Part shown: positions 1-11,500 of the stretch, in pieces | How positions within the stretch are numbered: position 1 is the stretch's first letter | How the letters are laid out: each line of letters opens with the position of its first letter | DNA from: Bacteroidales bacterium | GTDB taxonomy: Bacteria > Bacteroidota > Bacteroidia > Bacteroidales > FEN-979 | Assembly: GCA_049317265.1 (NCBI GenBank) | Contig: JBMOIP010000012.1 | Span: 4,612 to 68,611, forward strand | Reading direction: 5' to 3' | Length of the DNA: 64,000 nucleotides | Made by a program: the position numbers and the translations under genes | The notes under the pieces: generated by a model | The model's input: the letters and a program-made list of their open reading frames with translations, nothing else | The model's database searches: none | Told to the model about the DNA's origin: nothing

Positions 1-455
1 CGTGCAACCTCTACAAGTTCCCAACGGGCGCTATAGCTCAATGCAAGAATGAGGGTAAGACCTGAGTTTTTTTCGGTTTCGCTGATCGACTTCATCAGTT
101 CCCTGTAGCTTTTTGCGGGGAGACTTTTCAAATCGCCGATTGCCTGAAGCCTGACATTGTTTTTCATCAGTGTCTTCATCTCCTTGTGAAGCGAATTAAC
201 CAGGATGCGCATCAGGGCATCAATCTCATATTTCGGGCGATTCCAGTTTTCCGTGGAAAATGCATACATAGTGAGATATTGCACACCAAGTTCAGCAGCG
301 GCTTCCACAGTATTGCGCACCGCATCCACACCCTTTTCATGACCTATTGTCCGGATAAAACCACGTCTTTTAGCCCAACGACCGTTCCCATCCATGATCA
401 CAGCAATGTGAACCGGCAACTTTTTCTTATCAATTTGATCTTTGATATCCATCAT
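1..455 (-). CDS. uppS: Isoprenyl transferase (undecaprenyl diphosphate synthase), 5' part; runs off window start
   Basis: Absent from the ORF track. Manual translation from ATG at 455 gives MMDIKDQIDKKKLPVHIAVIMDGNGRWAK...YAFSTENWNRP, with the hallmark HIAxIMDGNGRWA and FSTENW motifs. Confidence 0.97.
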   Translation of the reverse strand, partial: MMDIKDQIDKKKLPVHIAVIMDGNGRWAKRRGFIRTIGHEKGVDAVRNTVEAAAELGVQYLTMYAFSTENWNRPKYEIDALMRILVNSLHKEMKTLMKNNVRLQAIGDLKSLPAKSYRELMKSISETEKNSGLTLILALSYSARWELVEVA

Positions 456-470
456 ACTATAAATCGAAAA

Positions 471-1277
471 TCAATGGTGCAGATCCCGGCATTTTTTTGA
501 TGACAACAGATTGAATTTATAGGTAAACGCAATGTTCACAAAGGCAAACCAATCTTTATTTGAAGCATTTCCCCGTTGCATGCCCGGTTGATGATTCAAG
601 GTCGGATCTGACGCCACAGCAGCCTCGTCATTTGATGAAAGCAAACGGCTATCAAGATAATATGTCGTGCTCACATCATCGAGATAGTCTGTAAAAGTCT
701 TGTGCATTTCCCAGGAAACCTGTAAACCCACGCGTTTTGCAAGGCTCACCTTTAAACCCAGTCCAAACGGGATTGAAACCCCCATTGAACCGTAAGGAGA
801 CCGTCCTTCATATCCGAGATTCTGCCCCTCTGTCCCTAATCCACGCAATGAAACGCCATTGTTTTCGGGGTTAAAGAAGAAGACAGAAATGCCGCCGTAA
901 ATATACGGCGATATTACGTTCATTCGGCTGCCGGTAAAGTATGGCAGAAAATTAAATTCCACTACGGCTGCTATGTCAGTCAAATCACTTGTAAACGATA
1001 ATCCGCGGTCGGGAAGAAACTCAGAGTCTGATGCACTTCCCTTGATTTTACCTCTAACGGCGCTGACTTTAACCGCCCAGCGCCAATCAAGATTAACCCT
1101 GGCCACTGCCCCATAGGAAAACTGGGTATTCAGAAAGTGCCCCCCGGGGTTCAGATCGCCCAGGTAGTAGCATCCGCCTCCTGTAAATCCAACCTCAAGA
1201 TCCTGTGATTTAACCGATGAGAACATGGAGATGAAAAGTACGACCAAAAACAGGATTTTCCCGGCACCGCTTTGCAT
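471..1277 (-). CDS. DUF6089 / PorG-like outer-membrane beta-barrel protein
   Basis: Signal peptide, then GGxxYxGDLN, GTEGQ and TFTDYLDDVS motifs; conserved position directly upstream of uppS in Bacteroidota. Start trimmed from 1319 to the Met before the signal peptide. Confidence 0.75.
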   Translation of the reverse strand: MQSGAGKILFLVVLFISMFSSVKSQDLEVGFTGGGCYYLGDLNPGGHFLNTQFSYGAVARVNLDWRWAVKVSAVRGKIKGSASDSEFLPDRGLSFTSDLTDIAAVVEFNFLPYFTGSRMNVISPYIYGGISVFFFNPENNGVSLRGLGTEGQNLGYEGRSPYGSMGVSIPFGLGLKVSLAKRVGLQVSWEMHKTFTDYLDDVSTTYYLDSRLLSSNDEAAVASDPTLNHQPGMQRGNASNKDWFAFVNIAFTYKFNLLSSKKCRDLHH

Positions 1278-1379
1278 GCTTTTTTCGTGTTCTATGTGAA
1301 TCTTCTTTTTCAACAACATTTATTAACGGACAGATCTCATTTTTATTGGATGAACCGGCTCCATGACTGATCTTTTTTA

Positions 1380-2258
1380 CTAATTCCGGTTATCGAGTCC
1401 CCAGTTCAGTTTTTCACGTATCGTCTGGAAAAAATTTTTATCGGTCAACCTCATCAGGTTGATCTTGAACGAGGCTTTCCGAATGATCAGTTCAACCGAG
1501 TGATCCACTTTTTCGGTCCTTGAATCCAGGCTTACCAGGAATTCGGAGTTCTTTCCTTCAACACGTATCCTTATCTCGCTGTCGTCCCTGATAATGATCG
1601 GCCTGACAGTAAGGTTATGGCTGGCAATGGGCGTGATCAGCAAATTTTCGGAATCGGGTGTAATGATGGGGCCCGTGCAACTAAGTGAGTAGGCTGTTGA
1701 ACCGGTTGGCGTGGCCACGATCAGCCCATCAGCCCAATAAGCATTGAGAAATTCACCATTGATCCATGTCTTGATTGTAAGGATCGACATTACATCTGGT
1801 TTTGACACGGTGAGATCATTCAAGGCATGATTGGATGATCCGAACAACATTTCCGGTGCATCCAGCCGGAGCAGGGTTCTTTTTTCAATTTTATAATTAC
1901 CGTTCTGGATCTCATGGATTGCAGGGATGATCCTCTCTTTTGAAATGCTTGAAAGGAATCCCAGCCTCCCCAGGTTTATTCCGGCAACTGGAATCCCTGA
2001 ATTACCAATCAGGCCAACTGCATCCAGGATGGTTCCGTCTCCACCGATTGAAAAAAGGAAATCGACCCTGTTTTCAAGTTCAACCTGCATGGAATAGAGC
2101 AGAGGCTCCTTCTGAAAATTGATTCTGCTGCGTAAACTTGCATAAAAAGGCTGGTAAATGAAGATAACTCCGTTGAGATTGCCGAGGGCATCTACCAATT
2201 CCTGGATGAATGGGAGTACTGCTTCTGTTACAGTTTTACCAAACAAGGCAATGTTCAT
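1380..2258 (-). CDS. nadK: NAD kinase
   Basis: GGDGT, GRLGFL, DGLIVATPTGSTAYSLS motifs. Confidence 0.97.
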   Translation of the reverse strand: MNIALFGKTVTEAVLPFIQELVDALGNLNGVIFIYQPFYASLRSRINFQKEPLLYSMQVELENRVDFLFSIGGDGTILDAVGLIGNSGIPVAGINLGRLGFLSSISKERIIPAIHEIQNGNYKIEKRTLLRLDAPEMLFGSSNHALNDLTVSKPDVMSILTIKTWINGEFLNAYWADGLIVATPTGSTAYSLSCTGPIITPDSENLLITPIASHNLTVRPIIIRDDSEIRIRVEGKNSEFLVSLDSRTEKVDHSVELIIRKASFKINLMRLTDKNFFQTIREKLNWGLDNRN

Positions 2259-2287
2259 GGTGTTTCAGGCTTTTTTAAATCAGCGTG

Positions 2288-2295
2288 CAAAGGTA
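2288..2295 (-). promoter_or_regulatory. Bacteroidota housekeeping -7 promoter element for nadK
   Basis: TACCTTTG (TAnnTTTG) on the minus strand, 30 bp upstream of the nadK start. Confidence 0.65.
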
Positions 2296-2327
2296 CAGCT
2301 ATTTTTCTTTGAGGAGATGCAATCCGT

Positions 2328-3743
2328 TCATATTGCTGCGATAAAATGCAAATAGACCCCTGGTTGATTCAGCCGGTTCATGGAACCTTCCAGGCGGATC
2401 ACAATATCATAGTAGGTCGTAAAATCAACACCAAGTCCGTAACCCATTAAAAAACTGTTTTCAAGTTTGTTACCGGAAGTAATTCTTCCATGATCATTGG
2501 CGGGATACCGATAGACATAACCAAGGTCGATGAAAGCATTCAGGTAGAGTGCCAACGGAATTGTATTGAACTTGGTTGTATGGATAAATCCCAGTTTTGT
2601 GACCTGCCGGGGTACCAGGGCAAATTTGAGGTTGTTTTTTAACAGGGCGAAATGCTGGCCATCGATCACATAATACTCATATCCCCGGACATAATCACGA
2701 CCATATCCGAAACCTTTCTGAAGATAATATGGTTGTGCTTTTTCAAAACTTAATTTGCCCGTAAATCCAGAAGCACAATACCATCGGCTCCCAATCTGGC
2801 GGTAAATCCGCAGGTTTGACTTCAGGTAACTATTGTGGGCAGTCATATAAGGCACGGCATGGTTAACTTCAGCATCGATGCAATAACCTGTCAACGGGTA
2901 ATATTGCACATCGCGGTGATCAATTTTTAAAAGGTAAGTGAAGCTGGCAAATTGCTGAACATCCTCTTCTACCATTGAAAAACCGGGTGTAACACGTATC
3001 GCAGAGTCGAAATCATAATGCGACCAGGCAATCCGCAGTGTATGGATTGTAAAAAAATCAGGCCTGAGGATACACTCCCCGAAAGCATAAATCAGCTTTT
3101 TCAGGTAAGCTGAATCGTTCCGGACATACACTGGTTCGTTATTCAGGGTTGACACCGCCAGTTCGCGGTTCAGCATGACTGAAGCGCCAAATCCTATGCC
3201 TGCGGTCTGCCGTGCATTGACATAGGGAATTTTATAGGTAAATCCGAAATTCTGGTTGAAGCCGAAATGCGCCAGGATCTTCAGGGTTTCATTCCGCCCC
3301 CTGACGTTGAAAAAGGTCAGATCGACCCCATAGGTGAGTCTGTTGAAGTCGCGGGTCTCCCACCAGACATTGAAGTTACGGTCCGAAATTTCAAGATAGG
3401 GAACAGGCCAGATATACCAGCGTTCGACCACCGCAACATACACATCAACAATAAGATGATCAACACTATAGGCGGTATCAATGGTTACAAAGTTGAAGAG
3501 TCGCGTGTTGAAAATATTCTGCCGGCTGCTGATAAGCCGTTCAGCAAACCGTGCACATGAAACTGTGTCATGTTCTTTAAAATCAAGTTCACGGGAGATG
3601 ATTCCAGGTTTTGTAGCCAGGTTTCCGGTAATGGTGATGGAACGAATAATGACGGTTGAATCGGGGATTTGTGCAGATTGAGCCTGGCCTCGCGACCGGT
3701 TTGAATAAAAAACAATGAACAGGATGGTCAAACGGAAAAGCAT
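2328..3743 (-). CDS. Omp85/TamA-like outer membrane protein with one POTRA domain
   Basis: POTRA-like IxITGNxxTKxxIIxREL...FN, VVERWYIWP, beta-barrel with VRGYE motif. Start could be 3779. Confidence 0.8.
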   Translation of the reverse strand: MLFRLTILFIVFYSNRSRGQAQSAQIPDSTVIIRSITITGNLATKPGIISRELDFKEHDTVSCARFAERLISSRQNIFNTRLFNFVTIDTAYSVDHLIVDVYVAVVERWYIWPVPYLEISDRNFNVWWETRDFNRLTYGVDLTFFNVRGRNETLKILAHFGFNQNFGFTYKIPYVNARQTAGIGFGASVMLNRELAVSTLNNEPVYVRNDSAYLKKLIYAFGECILRPDFFTIHTLRIAWSHYDFDSAIRVTPGFSMVEEDVQQFASFTYLLKIDHRDVQYYPLTGYCIDAEVNHAVPYMTAHNSYLKSNLRIYRQIGSRWYCASGFTGKLSFEKAQPYYLQKGFGYGRDYVRGYEYYVIDGQHFALLKNNLKFALVPRQVTKLGFIHTTKFNTIPLALYLNAFIDLGYVYRYPANDHGRITSGNKLENSFLMGYGLGVDFTTYYDIVIRLEGSMNRLNQPGVYLHFIAAI

Positions 3744-3781
3744 GGAGAGGTTGCACCTGTGGGCACAGAAGCGGATCATCC

Positions 3782-4447
3782 TTAGATATTCAGATAGTTC
3801 ATCAATGCATCAAAGCGATCCTGAAGCCCTTCGTGAAAGGAGTCTTCCTTCGACCATGAAGCTGTGACCAGGTAGTTCAGCCGGAAAAACGACTGGAGCA
3901 GCGGACCAATCTCCATACGGTTAACCTTGATGGTAACCTCCAGCTTGGTGGAATCAGGCATGGATTGAACAAAGCAGCTGAGGATTTTGGCATCATTGGT
4001 TTCAACAACCTGGATCAGATCGGCCAGGTGGAGATCCTTCTCGCCTATTTCCAACACGATTACACCTCCGGGTTCGTTCAAGCCTATCAATCCGGTCAGT
4101 TTTTCAACCACGGTCGAAAGGATGATGGCTCCCATATACTGCATTTTCTCGTTAACAACCGGCAGCATGGTGAGCCCCAGTGATGAAAAAAGTTCAAGAG
4201 CTTTGTAAAGATGCTGATCTTCATGAATGAACGCGCCTGGCAGCGTTAAATTATAGTGGCCGATTTCATCTTCCTGTTCATCCAACACCTGGATCTCCCT
4301 TTCAGAGATCACCCCTATGAAATTCGCGCCGTCAACAATCGGGAGATGGGACAAGCGTGCTTCTTCCATCTGAAGGAGGGCAAAAAGACCAGTATCAGTG
4401 GGTTTAAGCGGAATTACATGGCCGGTAACGAGTTGTTTAGCTATCAT
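3782..4447 (-). CDS. CBS domain-containing protein
   Basis: Two CBS repeats (SHLPIVD...GVIS; MLPVVN...GAI) plus ACT-like C-terminus; start MIAKQL overlaps the rsgA stop. Confidence 0.85.
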   Translation of the reverse strand: MIAKQLVTGHVIPLKPTDTGLFALLQMEEARLSHLPIVDGANFIGVISEREIQVLDEQEDEIGHYNLTLPGAFIHEDQHLYKALELFSSLGLTMLPVVNEKMQYMGAIILSTVVEKLTGLIGLNEPGGVIVLEIGEKDLHLADLIQVVETNDAKILSCFVQSMPDSTKLEVTIKVNRMEIGPLLQSFFRLNYLVTASWSKEDSFHEGLQDRFDALMNYLNI

Positions 4448-5345
4448 GGAGAATGCTAAGATAGGAATTATATCGTAAAACACTAACCGAACCGTTTTCA
4501 ACCCCCTCTTTTACCTCACACCCGGGTTCATGTGTATGCGTACAGTTTTTATATTGACAGAAAGGCAATAACCGGTCCATCTCAGGAAAACACCTGTGAA
4601 TTTCGGTTTTCTCAAAATCAATCAATCCAAACTCCTTGATTCCCGGTGTGTCTACGATGAATCCATGGAAGGCAATCTCGTACATTTCTGCGAATGTCGT
4701 GGTATGCATTCCCTTCTGATGCATGGCAGATATGACGCCGACCCTGGGGTTCTGGGTGGGATCTATTGCCTTGATCAATGCCGATTTTCCGGCACCGGAG
4801 TGGCCCGAAAAGAGGCTTACTTTATCCCTTAAAAGCTCCCTGATTACCTCCACCCCATCGCCTCTGGTTGCAGAAGTGCGATAGCAGCGATAACCTGCAT
4901 TTTCATAAATGCCGGTCAGGTCGTCAAGTACTGCGAGAAGTTCAGGATCACAGAGGTCGATTTTGTTGAATATGATGCTTGCCGGGATGTGATATGCGGC
5001 AGCCGTAACAAGGAAACGGTCAATGAATCCATTGGAGGTGCGGGGTTGCGCAAGTGTTGCAACCAGGTATGCATGATCAAGGTTGGCGGCAATGATATGA
5101 GAAACTTTGGAGAGTTTTGTCGCCTTCCTGATGATATAATTTTCGCGTTTTTGAATCCGGGTGATCATGCCATGACTGTCACCCTGAGTGAGTTCCACGG
5201 TAACATGGTCACCAATGGCCACCGGGTTGGTGTGCTTGATGTCCTGCATGCGGAACTGACCCTTCAGCTTGCAATCAAGCCTGGTTCCGTCGTGCAAACG
5301 CACGATGATCCAACTTCCGGTCGACTTTACAACGATGCCTTCCAA
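4437..5345 (-). CDS. rsgA: Ribosome small subunit-dependent GTPase A
   Basis: Circularly permuted GTPase motifs NKID, GHSGAGKS, HTTT, DTPG; C-terminal CxxxxCxHxxEPGC zinc site; TTG start. Confidence 0.97.
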   Translation of the reverse strand: MEGIVVKSTGSWIIVRLHDGTRLDCKLKGQFRMQDIKHTNPVAIGDHVTVELTQGDSHGMITRIQKRENYIIRKATKLSKVSHIIAANLDHAYLVATLAQPRTSNGFIDRFLVTAAAYHIPASIIFNKIDLCDPELLAVLDDLTGIYENAGYRCYRTSATRGDGVEVIRELLRDKVSLFSGHSGAGKSALIKAIDPTQNPRVGVISAMHQKGMHTTTFAEMYEIAFHGFIVDTPGIKEFGLIDFEKTEIHRCFPEMDRLLPFCQYKNCTHTHEPGCEVKEGVENGSVSVLRYNSYLSILHDS

Positions 5346-5414
5346 CTCACAGATTTAATGATGTGTTTCAATCTGTAAAAGTATAAAATTATTATGGTTG
5401 AGAGGGATTCCGGT

Positions 5415-6527
5415 TTACACCAATGAGTAAACTTTTCCGGGCGAACAATGTACCACACCTTCAAATTCAAGATTCAGCAAGGCGGCTGACACTTTACTCA
5501 TGGCACTTTCAGCCTGGCTGCAAATTTCATCAATACCCAGCTGCCCGTTGGCCTGCAGTAAGCCGACGATTTTCTCTTCGTCCTCCGTCATTTCAATAAA
5601 AATCCTTCGCTGCACCGGCTTTGGAGCCCCATTCTGCTCCTTCCACCCCAACAGGTATTCTATATCATCGGGTTTCTGGACCAACGCTGCCTTGTTTGTC
5701 CGGATAAGGTAGTTGGTTCCGTCAGAATAGGGATCTGTCACTCTTCCGGGAACAGCAAACACATCCCTGTTGTATGAGTTGGCAATATCGGCAGTGATCA
5801 GGGCGCCACCTTTCCTGCCAGCCTCCACAACAATAATTGCATCGCACATGCCTGCAATGATCCTGTTTCTCCTGGGGAAGTTGCACTTGTCGGGTTTTGA
5901 CTGGCTTAAAAACTCGGTTATGAGTCCACCCTGCGTAACCATTCTTTCGGCAAGCGACCTGTGAATCCAGGGATAAACCGTATCAAGCCCATGACCCAGA
6001 ACCCCTATGGTATTCAGACCGAAATCGAGTGCAAAGCGATGGGCATGGCTGTCGATGCCGTAAGCCAGTCCGCTGACGACCATTATCCGCTGGTGCAGGA
6101 GCCCTTCAATAATTTCATGTGTGACACTTTTACCATAGTCGGTGGCTTTCCTGGTTCCAACCATTCCAACTACACGGGCACCATTCAAATCAGCCACCCC
6201 TTTGTAGAACAGAAGGACAGGGCTATCGAGGCATTGTTTAAGACGCTCAGGATACTCTTTATCAGTAAAAAACAGCGGGGTAATCCTGTACCTTTCAATG
6301 AATGAAATCTCCTTTTCCGATCTTAACAGGATTTCGCTGGTTCTTGTCGCTGCAGCCAGCGCTTCACCAATCCTGGGCATCTTCCGGAGTATATGCCTGG
6401 GTTCACGGAATACGGCCTCTGCGCTGCCGCACATGGTGACCAGCTTTCTTGCGAGCACATCGCCAACACCGGGTATAAGTGTCAGTCCGATCTGGTATAA
6501 CAACTTTACTTCAGGCATCTTTGTCAT
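5415..6527 (-). CDS. dprA: DNA-processing protein DprA
   Basis: VGTR, VSGLAYGID, FPRRNRIIAG, GGALITA, FAVPG motifs and winged-helix tail. The ORF-track start (6728) overlaps the divergent gene, so it is trimmed to MTKMPE. Confidence 0.95.
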   Translation of the reverse strand: MTKMPEVKLLYQIGLTLIPGVGDVLARKLVTMCGSAEAVFREPRHILRKMPRIGEALAAATRTSEILLRSEKEISFIERYRITPLFFTDKEYPERLKQCLDSPVLLFYKGVADLNGARVVGMVGTRKATDYGKSVTHEIIEGLLHQRIMVVSGLAYGIDSHAHRFALDFGLNTIGVLGHGLDTVYPWIHRSLAERMVTQGGLITEFLSQSKPDKCNFPRRNRIIAGMCDAIIVVEAGRKGGALITADIANSYNRDVFAVPGRVTDPYSDGTNYLIRTNKAALVQKPDDIEYLLGWKEQNGAPKPVQRRIFIEMTEDEEKIVGLLQANGQLGIDEICSQAESAMSKVSAALLNLEFEGVVHCSPGKVYSLV

Positions 6528-6639
6528 TTTCTGACAGTTTAATCGGTTTCGTTCATAAAAGGTGAAACAGTGTGAATAACTTTTCTTCCACCTCCATGCG
6601 ATTTTAATATAAATTTGATCTAAATAAGTACTGAATGCT

Positions 6640-7725
6640 ATGGCAGGGAAAAAGAGAGTGCTCATCTGTCCTTTAGATTGGGGAATAGGCCATGCAACCC
6701 GCTGTGTTCCCGTTATTTCACAATTCAAAGCCCTCGGTTACGAAGTCTTTGTGGCAGCAAGCGGACGGCCACTTGAATTCATCAGGAGAGAGTATCCCGA
6801 GATAACCTGTATTGATTTCCCCGGAGTTATCGTCAACTATCCCAGGAACAACCGGGTAGCCATGAAGATGCTTGAACTTTCACCCCGGTTACTCTATGGC
6901 ATCTGGAAAGAGCACCGGACATTGAAAAAAATCATCGATCAAACACAGCCAACGCTGATTTTCTCCGATAACAGGTATGGTTGCTGGCATAAGGCAATCC
7001 CATCCATTTTCATGACCCACCAGTTGAGTATCCAGGTACCCGGGAAATTAAAATTTCTGAAGGGCGTCCTTAACTCAATAAATTACAGGTTTATCAGGAA
7101 ATATAGTGCTTGCTGGATCCCCGATTTTGAAGCACACCGTGGATTGGCAGGCTCCTTGTCACATCCGGACCGACTTCCGCAGAATGCTCATTACGTGGGA
7201 ATACTCTCACGTTTTTCACCGCTTCCCCAGCAACATCCCCGGGTTTCATCTCCTGGTTTTGATTTGCTGATCATGCTTTCGGGGCCTGAACCACAACGAA
7301 CCATCCTGGAGGAGAATATCCTGCGCCAGCTTGTCAGCCTCAACATGCAGGTCGCCATGGTAAGGGGCATGCCTGAATCGGATGAAGCCTATGTTCTTGA
7401 CAACCGGATTCATGTCTTTGCCCACCTCGATTCTGTCAGGATGAATGAGCTGATCGACAGGTCGGCGCTGGTCATCTGCCGCTCAGGGTACTCCAGTATC
7501 ATGGATATTGTGACCCTTGGCAAGCGGGCCATATTCATCCCCACTCCCGGCCAAACCGAACAGGAATACCTCGCAAGGTACCTGATGGATAAAAAGATCT
7601 ATTTTTCCATGGATCAGGAGGACTTCAACCTTCTGTATGCAATCGAGATGTCGAAAAACTTCCCGGGGATGTTTATCCGGAACGACTACCGGGAGATCAG
7701 GGAACTTATCGGGCAGCTAGCCTGA
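6640..7725 (+). CDS. GT-B fold glycosyltransferase (GT28-C / MurG-like)
   Basis: PLDWGIGHATR N-terminal motif, SGPEPQR, RSGYSSIMD, PTPGQTEQ. Confidence 0.85.
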   Translation: MAGKKRVLICPLDWGIGHATRCVPVISQFKALGYEVFVAASGRPLEFIRREYPEITCIDFPGVIVNYPRNNRVAMKMLELSPRLLYGIWKEHRTLKKIIDQTQPTLIFSDNRYGCWHKAIPSIFMTHQLSIQVPGKLKFLKGVLNSINYRFIRKYSACWIPDFEAHRGLAGSLSHPDRLPQNAHYVGILSRFSPLPQQHPRVSSPGFDLLIMLSGPEPQRTILEENILRQLVSLNMQVAMVRGMPESDEAYVLDNRIHVFAHLDSVRMNELIDRSALVICRSGYSSIMDIVTLGKRAIFIPTPGQTEQEYLARYLMDKKIYFSMDQEDFNLLYAIEMSKNFPGMFIRNDYREIRELIGQLA

Positions 7726-8526
7726 CTTTTCCGCTTTTCGCGAAGAGAGATAGATGAAAGTGATTCCAGCAATGACAAACGGAATCGAAAGGATCTGTCC
7801 CATGTTAAGGTAAAGCCCGCTTTCGAATCCCACCTGGGGCTCCTTGATAAATTCAACCACGAACCGAAGACCGAAAACCAGGATCATGAAAAGACCAAAA
7901 AGGAATCCAGGGGCAGGTTTTCCATCCTTTTTATAATAATACCACCACAAGATCAGAAAGATGCAAAGGTATGAAAGGCCTTCGTAAATCTGGGTTGGAT
8001 GCCTGGCAACTAAACCGTCGGATGGAGTTGTTGAACGCGGAAAGAAAAATCCCCATGGAAGCGTGGTTGGCAAACCATATATCTCTGAATTCATCAGGTT
8101 TCCCATGCGGATCATGAACCCGGACAGTGCGACCACCACTACGATGCGGTCAATCACCCAGAGGAACGGTTTTTTACGGATATAGGAGAATATCAAAATG
8201 GAAGTGATGATCCCGATGGCAGCGCCATGGCTGGCCAGCCCCCCTTCCCAAACCTTGAAGATCTTAATCGGATGGGCCAGGTAATATTCGGGTTCATAAA
8301 AAAAGACGTGTCCGAGCCGTGCACCCACAATCGTTCCGATGATCATGTATGTGGTCAGTTCATCGAGTAATTTTTCGGGGACCCCCTCCTTTTTAAAGAA
8401 CTTCAGCATGATCAGGTATCCAAAAAAGAAGGAGAGGGCAAAGAACAGCCCATACCAGCGAATGGCAAAACCGCCGAATTCGAAAATTTCAGGACTGGGA
8501 TTCCAGAATATGGAAAGGAGGTGCAT
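7717..8526 (-). CDS. lgt: Prolipoprotein diacylglyceryl transferase
   Basis: IRWYG, GARLGH, EGGLASHG, RMGNLMNSE, HPTQIYE, RFVVEF motifs. Confidence 0.97.
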   Translation of the reverse strand: MHLLSIFWNPSPEIFEFGGFAIRWYGLFFALSFFFGYLIMLKFFKKEGVPEKLLDELTTYMIIGTIVGARLGHVFFYEPEYYLAHPIKIFKVWEGGLASHGAAIGIITSILIFSYIRKKPFLWVIDRIVVVVALSGFMIRMGNLMNSEIYGLPTTLPWGFFFPRSTTPSDGLVARHPTQIYEGLSYLCIFLILWWYYYKKDGKPAPGFLFGLFMILVFGLRFVVEFIKEPQVGFESGLYLNMGQILSIPFVIAGITFIYLSSRKAEKSG

Positions 8527-8537
8527 GGCTACATCGA

Positions 8538-11500
8538 TTATTTAAACCCCTTGATCTTCATATTAAACAATGTGTCAATTTTTGCAGCAAGCTGCGGCTG
8601 ATGGTTTTCGGAAGCCACCATTGACATTCGTTTCATAATACCAAGAGATGTCTGGACATCCTGTTCAAAATACTGGGAACTTTCAGGCCCATATGAATTG
8701 TAATAGTCAAGATTCTGGCTGCATATTTCAGCCACCCTTTCGATCAGTTTGTTTGCTTTCTCGGGAGCGCCGGCCTTATAGTAGGTTTCTGCATAAGGCA
8801 GCATATACATGTCATAAGGCACTTTCGAATCCGGAAAATACTTGATGTAGGTATCCAGCATTTCAATGGCTTCCTTATTCTTTCCCATCTCCTGTAAACA
8901 TTGAGCAACACGCATGAAGTTGGTTTTTGGCCTGACGGAATTATTCAGGCTTTCTGGATCAACGTACACATGCGGGTCATTCAGGTTGCCCCATGCACAC
9001 TTATTCTTAAGGATATCGTAGGAAGTGATGGCATCAACACCACCCATTCCCTGGATATAGTCAGCAGGATCAGCCTTTACCGGCATAAATTTATAGACCC
9101 AGCCCTGCACCATGCAGAATGAGTCGATGGCCACACAGTGGTTTACACTTGATGGCGCTGCAAAGTAGATCGGCCGTTCCCATTTGTTGGAGGCGAGAAG
9201 GTCGAGCAACATCAGGTCGTTTTTATAGAGCTGGTTCGACTTGATCGTCCAGCAGATGGAATCCACCATCTTCCCCTGGAGATATTTTGGCACGATACCA
9301 TATTTAACGCATGCCGCAGAATCGACGGTGATCTTCACCTTTTTAGAGGGGAAAAACTTCATCCTTTCTCCATTCTGCAAGGTAAGGAATGACTGGGGAT
9401 CATCGCTCTTGATGAAGTCGATCATGTCCTTTAACTCAACATAACCTGTTAAACCGATATCATAGAACGGAAGAATGTCATTTGTTCCCTGCCTGTATTG
9501 CTCCTGGTTCAGCGTTAACGGGATTGGATCGGAAGTGTAGGCTTTTTTATACAATTGATTGATGTACCAGGGGCCGGATGCAAGCATCAGGTTCACCACG
9601 CGCACATCAGTACCGATTCCCTCCACCTCCTGGTCATACCAAAGGGGGAAGGTGTCGTTGTCGCCGTTTGTAAATAAAATTCCCTGGGGTTCACACGATT
9701 TGAGGTAGTTGGCAGCAAAATCGCGGCAAGCGAATTTACCGGAGCGGTCATGATCATCCCAATTTTCCTTTGCCATGATCCCAGGGACCAGTAAAAGGCA
9801 TAACGCAAAAACGATGGCAATCGAGATATTTTCACCCATTTTTTTCCTAAGGAAATTGATTAATGGGATGACCCCCAACCCGATCCATATGGCAAATGCA
9901 TAAAAAGATGCGGCATAGGCATAATCCCTTTCACGGGGTTCATAAGGCTGCTGATTCAGGTAGACCAGGATTGCCAGGCCGGTCATGATAAAGAGCAGTG
10001 AAATGATCATGGTGCCTTTATAGTCCTTCCCAAGGTGGAAAAAGAAGCCGATAAGCCCGAGAATCAGCGGGAGGAAATAATATTTGTTGGATGCCCTGTT
10101 TTTCTTGCTGTCGGGAAGGTCGGTCTGGTCGTTGCCAAGCCTTGATTTATCGAGAAAGGGGATTCCGCTGATCCAGTTTCCATCCTCCTTGCTGCCTCCG
10201 AATCCCTGTACATCATTCTGCCGGCCGACGAAATTCCACATAAAGTAACGGACATACATATGCCCGATCTGGTAGGTGAAAAAATATTTAAGGTTTTCGC
10301 CGAAGGTAGGGCGATTCAGCGTACCGGGTTTACCATCCTGGGTGGTGACTTCGATGGGAATCCCCTCCCCGCCCCAGTTTTTATAAAACTCACCGGCTCC
10401 CCTGCGCTGGTTGCTCCACATACGTGGGAAGACCGTGGTAAACTTCGGATCCCACACAGGTACGGTTCCTTTTCGTTCATCGATCACGATGTATTTGCCC
10501 GATTTCACATCCTTCTGGTAAACAGGGTTTCCGTCGGCATAATCAACGATGGGCGCATTGTAGTATTGACCATAGGCAATCGGAAAATCGCCGTATTGCT
10601 CGCGATTCAGGTACGATAAAAGGCTTACGGCATCCTGCGGCGCATTCTCATTGATAGGAGTATCTGCGTTGGCCCGGATCACCAGCATGATGAAGGAAGA
10701 GTACCCGATCAGGATGAAAGCGAAGGCCAGGATAATGGTGTTGAGGATGGTCTTTCCTTTTTTGCGGGTGAAGTGAAGTCCCCACACAATCAACCCGATC
10801 AGCAGGAAGAAATAGATGAGTGTTCCGGTGTTGAAAGGCATTCCCAGGCCATTGACGAAAATGAGTTCGAATTTTCCGGAGAGTTGAACCATTCCCGGGA
10901 TAATGAGGAACATTACAAATGCCAGGATGAGGATCGACAGGATGAAGGTAACCAGCATTCCCAATTTGGTAGGCTTTGGAAACTTCTTATAATAATAGAC
11001 CATGCAGGTAGCCGGAATGACCAACAGGTTCAGCAAGTGAACTCCAATGGCCAGGCCCATGAGGAAGGCAATCAGCACCAGCCAGCGGTAGGAGTGCTTT
11101 TCATCTGCCACATCCTCCCACTTCAGGATGGCCCAGAAAGAGATGGCGGTGAAAGCGGAAGACATTGCATACACCTCGCCTTCCACAGCGGAGAACCAGA
11201 AGGTATCACTGAAAGTATAGGCCATTGACCCGATGAAAGCGGCGGCAAAAACTGTGAACATCCCACCCTGGGTCAGCTCGCCTTTGGGGGCGACAATCTT
11301 TTTTGCAAACAGCACAATGCTCCAGAAGAGGAACAGGATGGTAAAGCCGCTCGAGATGCCCGACATCATGTTCACCATCATGGCAACATGCGACACATCA
11401 CCGAAAGCAAACAACGAGAAAAACCGTCCGATCATCTGGAACAGCGGGGCACCGGGAGGGTGTCCAACCTGCAGTTTAAAAGCTGTGGCAATATACTCGC

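Noticed and set aside
186-500. 104-aa plus-strand ORF
   Set aside because: Antisense to uppS.
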